This document shows positions 63,401-64,000 of a DNA stretch of 64,000 nucleotides, one piece after another. Under the pieces are notes generated by a model that was not told the DNA's origin, did not search any database, and worked only from the letters and a program-made list of their open reading frames with translations. The translations under genes were made by a program, and so were the position numbers. The DNA lies in contig OZ316899.1 of assembly GCA_973895155.1 (NCBI GenBank), forward strand, positions 10,104,287 through 10,168,286. Reading direction: 5' to 3'. Origin of the DNA: Marsupella aquatica (taxonomy: Eukaryota > Plantae > Marchantiophyta). Each line of letters begins with the position of its first letter. Position 1 is the first letter of the stretch.

Positions 63401-64000
63401 AGTCCGGGCACCGAGAGCGAAGAAGAAGAGGAGGATTAGATAGGCGTACGGACGTGGGTGTACGGCCTCCAGATTTCCAACATTTTAGTGGGGGGTCACT
63501 CATGGGCTTGTTGGGATGAGCTCGCGGAGCTGATTCCAACAAGAGGCGGCGCTCCTCAAACGGAGCCAGGATGAGCAAGTTATGGCCTGGAGAACTTATG
63601 TTTTTGCGGTACGGAAACGGCCATAACTCAGGCGTCTGAAGTCCGTTGAGGGAGCGACTTAGTGATTCGGAAGCAGGAAAAGAAGAGCTATCCAGGGGTG
63701 AGCTCAGGTGTGCACTTGGAAGGGCACCTAGTTTCGGCCATTTTGGGGTGCCTCTCACTTTCAGGGTTCACGTGTACTGTTGGGGCGCCGTCGAAGGCAC
63801 CGTCGGCCCCCTTGTTTTGGGTTTAGGGTTTTAGCAGCATGTGTGTGCCGCATGCTCCTCTTCAGTTTAAGGATTTCTCTTAGTGCAAGGTTTTAGCGGC
63901 GCCGCTAGGGTAGCCGCCACCGTTGTGACCCTGTGAGGGGTGCTTTGGTGTGATTTTTCAGTATTTAGGGGGATAGCCCCGAAGTAGTTAGGGGGACTCA
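60426..64000 (+). repeat. 3' LTR (truncated by window end)
   Basis: Near-identical to 49684-53258. Confidence 0.95.
61583..63439 (+). CDS. 618-aa LTR-encoded protein, 3' LTR copy
   Basis: Differs from 50841-52697 at two residues visible in the ORF track (M/T, G/R). Confidence 0.85.
   Translation: MLDQPEFSASRIRRYKAAYRDYVETRITREREEREVMMSTGLAAGSSPVGRKIFRRIYPKTSTKVMEDCRNIFQATGLTEFMKVEITIPSGKSWDIEAGMEFRTEGIYFECLKRVVPHVELAKLLFLENQKFSFTPRNIRGELTLKMVATWVTNPTSTTAIPLSAVKDVEYKGFLAKVHQRVLGNVQSGVLNEEHFVVAMDIKNYPAHVYGWWCYGLKKLLAAEPGSVKPGGAVHLMGSFVLARAEGLIGSPGHEDTGSSLTTEIRSIATTVLGKLTEESLSAGGEDNREEENQEDDCTLEWLESLVGDPKQPLEYNIPDVYLAELRDFREGVHEGLKLVHALRESLKHATVKVETLEQSILSLKEVIKTKEQTIHEKVRHINAAHVEITNLKGALSTKAKEAEEVGALRQALAKEKQNSGEVMEWRNQVGALRSQVAAFETRAKRSEALSLGKRKSPGTPGSTLSPDVISQAIEMVVKEVSGKYGPLLDGAKKSQEKSKSLEKKLREVRKSLREAQVSTGMPPRSVTPGTPMATGQVLPLELRSREEATLWKDTIGEGYIKAWQALAALRKRGSSSTKSTPSKKKKSTVALTPVSDEEEDHSRGTSPGTESEEEEED

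Larger units (their letters stand above)
49684..64000 (+). mobile_element. Young Ty3/gypsy non-chromovirus (Athila/Phygy-like) element with ~4.1-kb coding LTRs; 3' LTR runs off the window
   Basis: Direct repeats start TGTGACGGG at 49684 and 60426 (offset 10,742) and are near-identical; PBS at 53829; purine tract before 60426; gag-pol in between. Confidence 0.95.

Overview
Eukaryotic, almost certainly land-plant, repeat-rich DNA (probably a non-seed plant, which is an inference). No intact host gene is recognisable; the window is a nest of transposons whose ends and target-site duplications (TSDs) can mostly be read directly. Left to right: (1) the 3' end of a Bianca-type copia element; (2) a Gypsy integrase relic split by an 11-kb CACTA-superfamily element with CACAA termini (1302-12340), which hides a SET-domain exon inside its transposase gene; (3) LINE and SWIM relics; (4) a second CACAA element (from 15052) carrying a near-intact Bianca copia (16836-23205), a 4.7-kb protein-coding solo LTR (26618-31328) and a classical CACTA element (from 31620); (5) apparently inside that CACTA element, a 13.3-kb Sola-like TIR transposon (33505-46809) and a young Gypsy element (49684 to beyond 64000) whose ~4.1-kb LTRs each encode a 618-aa protein. 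Best candidates for undescribed biology: the Sola-like element, which carries a ParB-like plus N4/N6-DNA-methyltransferase-like gene, an FCP1/NIF phosphatase-like gene and dozens of 21-bp palindromes; the SET-domain exon that appears alternatively spliced with the CACTA transposase; and long ORFs inside LTRs in two different families. All domain calls are by eye from motifs, not from database searches.
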